The notes under the pieces were generated by a model. That model made no database searches and was not told where the DNA came from. It saw only the letters and a list, made by a program, of their open reading frames with translations. This document shows positions 63,468 through 64,000 of a DNA stretch of 64,000 nt, piece by piece (positions within the stretch are counted from its first letter, which is position 1; every line of letters begins with the position of its first letter). Both the position numbers and the translations under genes were made by a program. The stretch is from Zygnema circumcarinatum SAG 698-1b. Taxonomy: Eukaryota; Plantae; Zygnematophyceae. The DNA lies in assembly GCA_037447605.1 (NCBI GenBank), contig CM074806.1, positions 1,736,001-1,800,000 on the forward strand, read 5' to 3'.

Positions 63468-64000
63468 GACGACCCCTTCCACCAACACACAATATTGAAT
63501 GAAGTCCCGTCGTTGTGCAGAAAAAAAATAGGAGTCTGGCATTCTTTCACATACACTCCTAACCCCAGCAATGCCCGTCTGCCTTTCCCTTCTTGTGCGA
63601 AACGTTGCAGGATCTGAAATCTAGCTATACGCGGACGTCTGTATTCGAGTAACTACCATTTACACGTAATTCTCGAGCTCCAATTGATCAGACAGCCAAA
63701 TTGGTATTGGTTAACTCGACCCAATCCGGATTCATATAGACAAATTCACTATCCACTCCAAGCTTCACATCTGTTGGCTAAAGATCAATATTTACTGCTA
63801 AGCTATTGACGATTGCCCTTGAATGGTGGCAAAACGGCAGTATGGGCATATAGGCAGCACATTTGCATTGATCGTGTGCATTGCACCTTATTCATTTTTT
63901 TGTAAAGTGTAATTTGCAGTTCAGCATCAGTTTTCATCTGTTTTGAATTGTCATCTTTTGCAGCATCAGTGTTACACCGCCAGCCTTTCAGTGCTGGAAA

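Overview
Intron-rich eukaryotic genomic DNA from the green-plant lineage. Gene content and repeat style suggest a streptophyte alga (Zygnematophyceae-like); this is inference only. Six protein genes are supported: ubinuclein (UBN/HPC2-like, minus strand, runs off the left edge), DPE2 4-alpha-glucanotransferase (minus), a small NOL7/Utp16-like nucleolar protein (minus), RRP5 (minus, 23.5 kb), a soluble PAS-PAS hybrid histidine kinase (plus) and a DUF707 gene (minus, 5' part unresolved). A young Ty1/copia retrotransposon lies between RRP5 and the kinase and is mis-assembled across three 10-N gaps. The most notable observations are: (i) an exact 173-bp direct repeat abutting both outer LTR ends; (ii) a (TTTTGGGG)n telomere-like tract grading into plant telo-boxes upstream of the NOL7-like gene; (iii) a textbook AT-AC U12 intron in DPE2 plus four GC-AG introns; (iv) a ~720-bp foldback element in an RRP5 intron; (v) bacterial-looking PAS domains in the kinase, which has a GTAC-dense promoter; (vi) a different simple-repeat array just upstream of almost every gene. 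No tRNA, rRNA or CRISPR array was recognised. All gene models were built by eye from remembered homologues and splice-phase logic; no searches were run.
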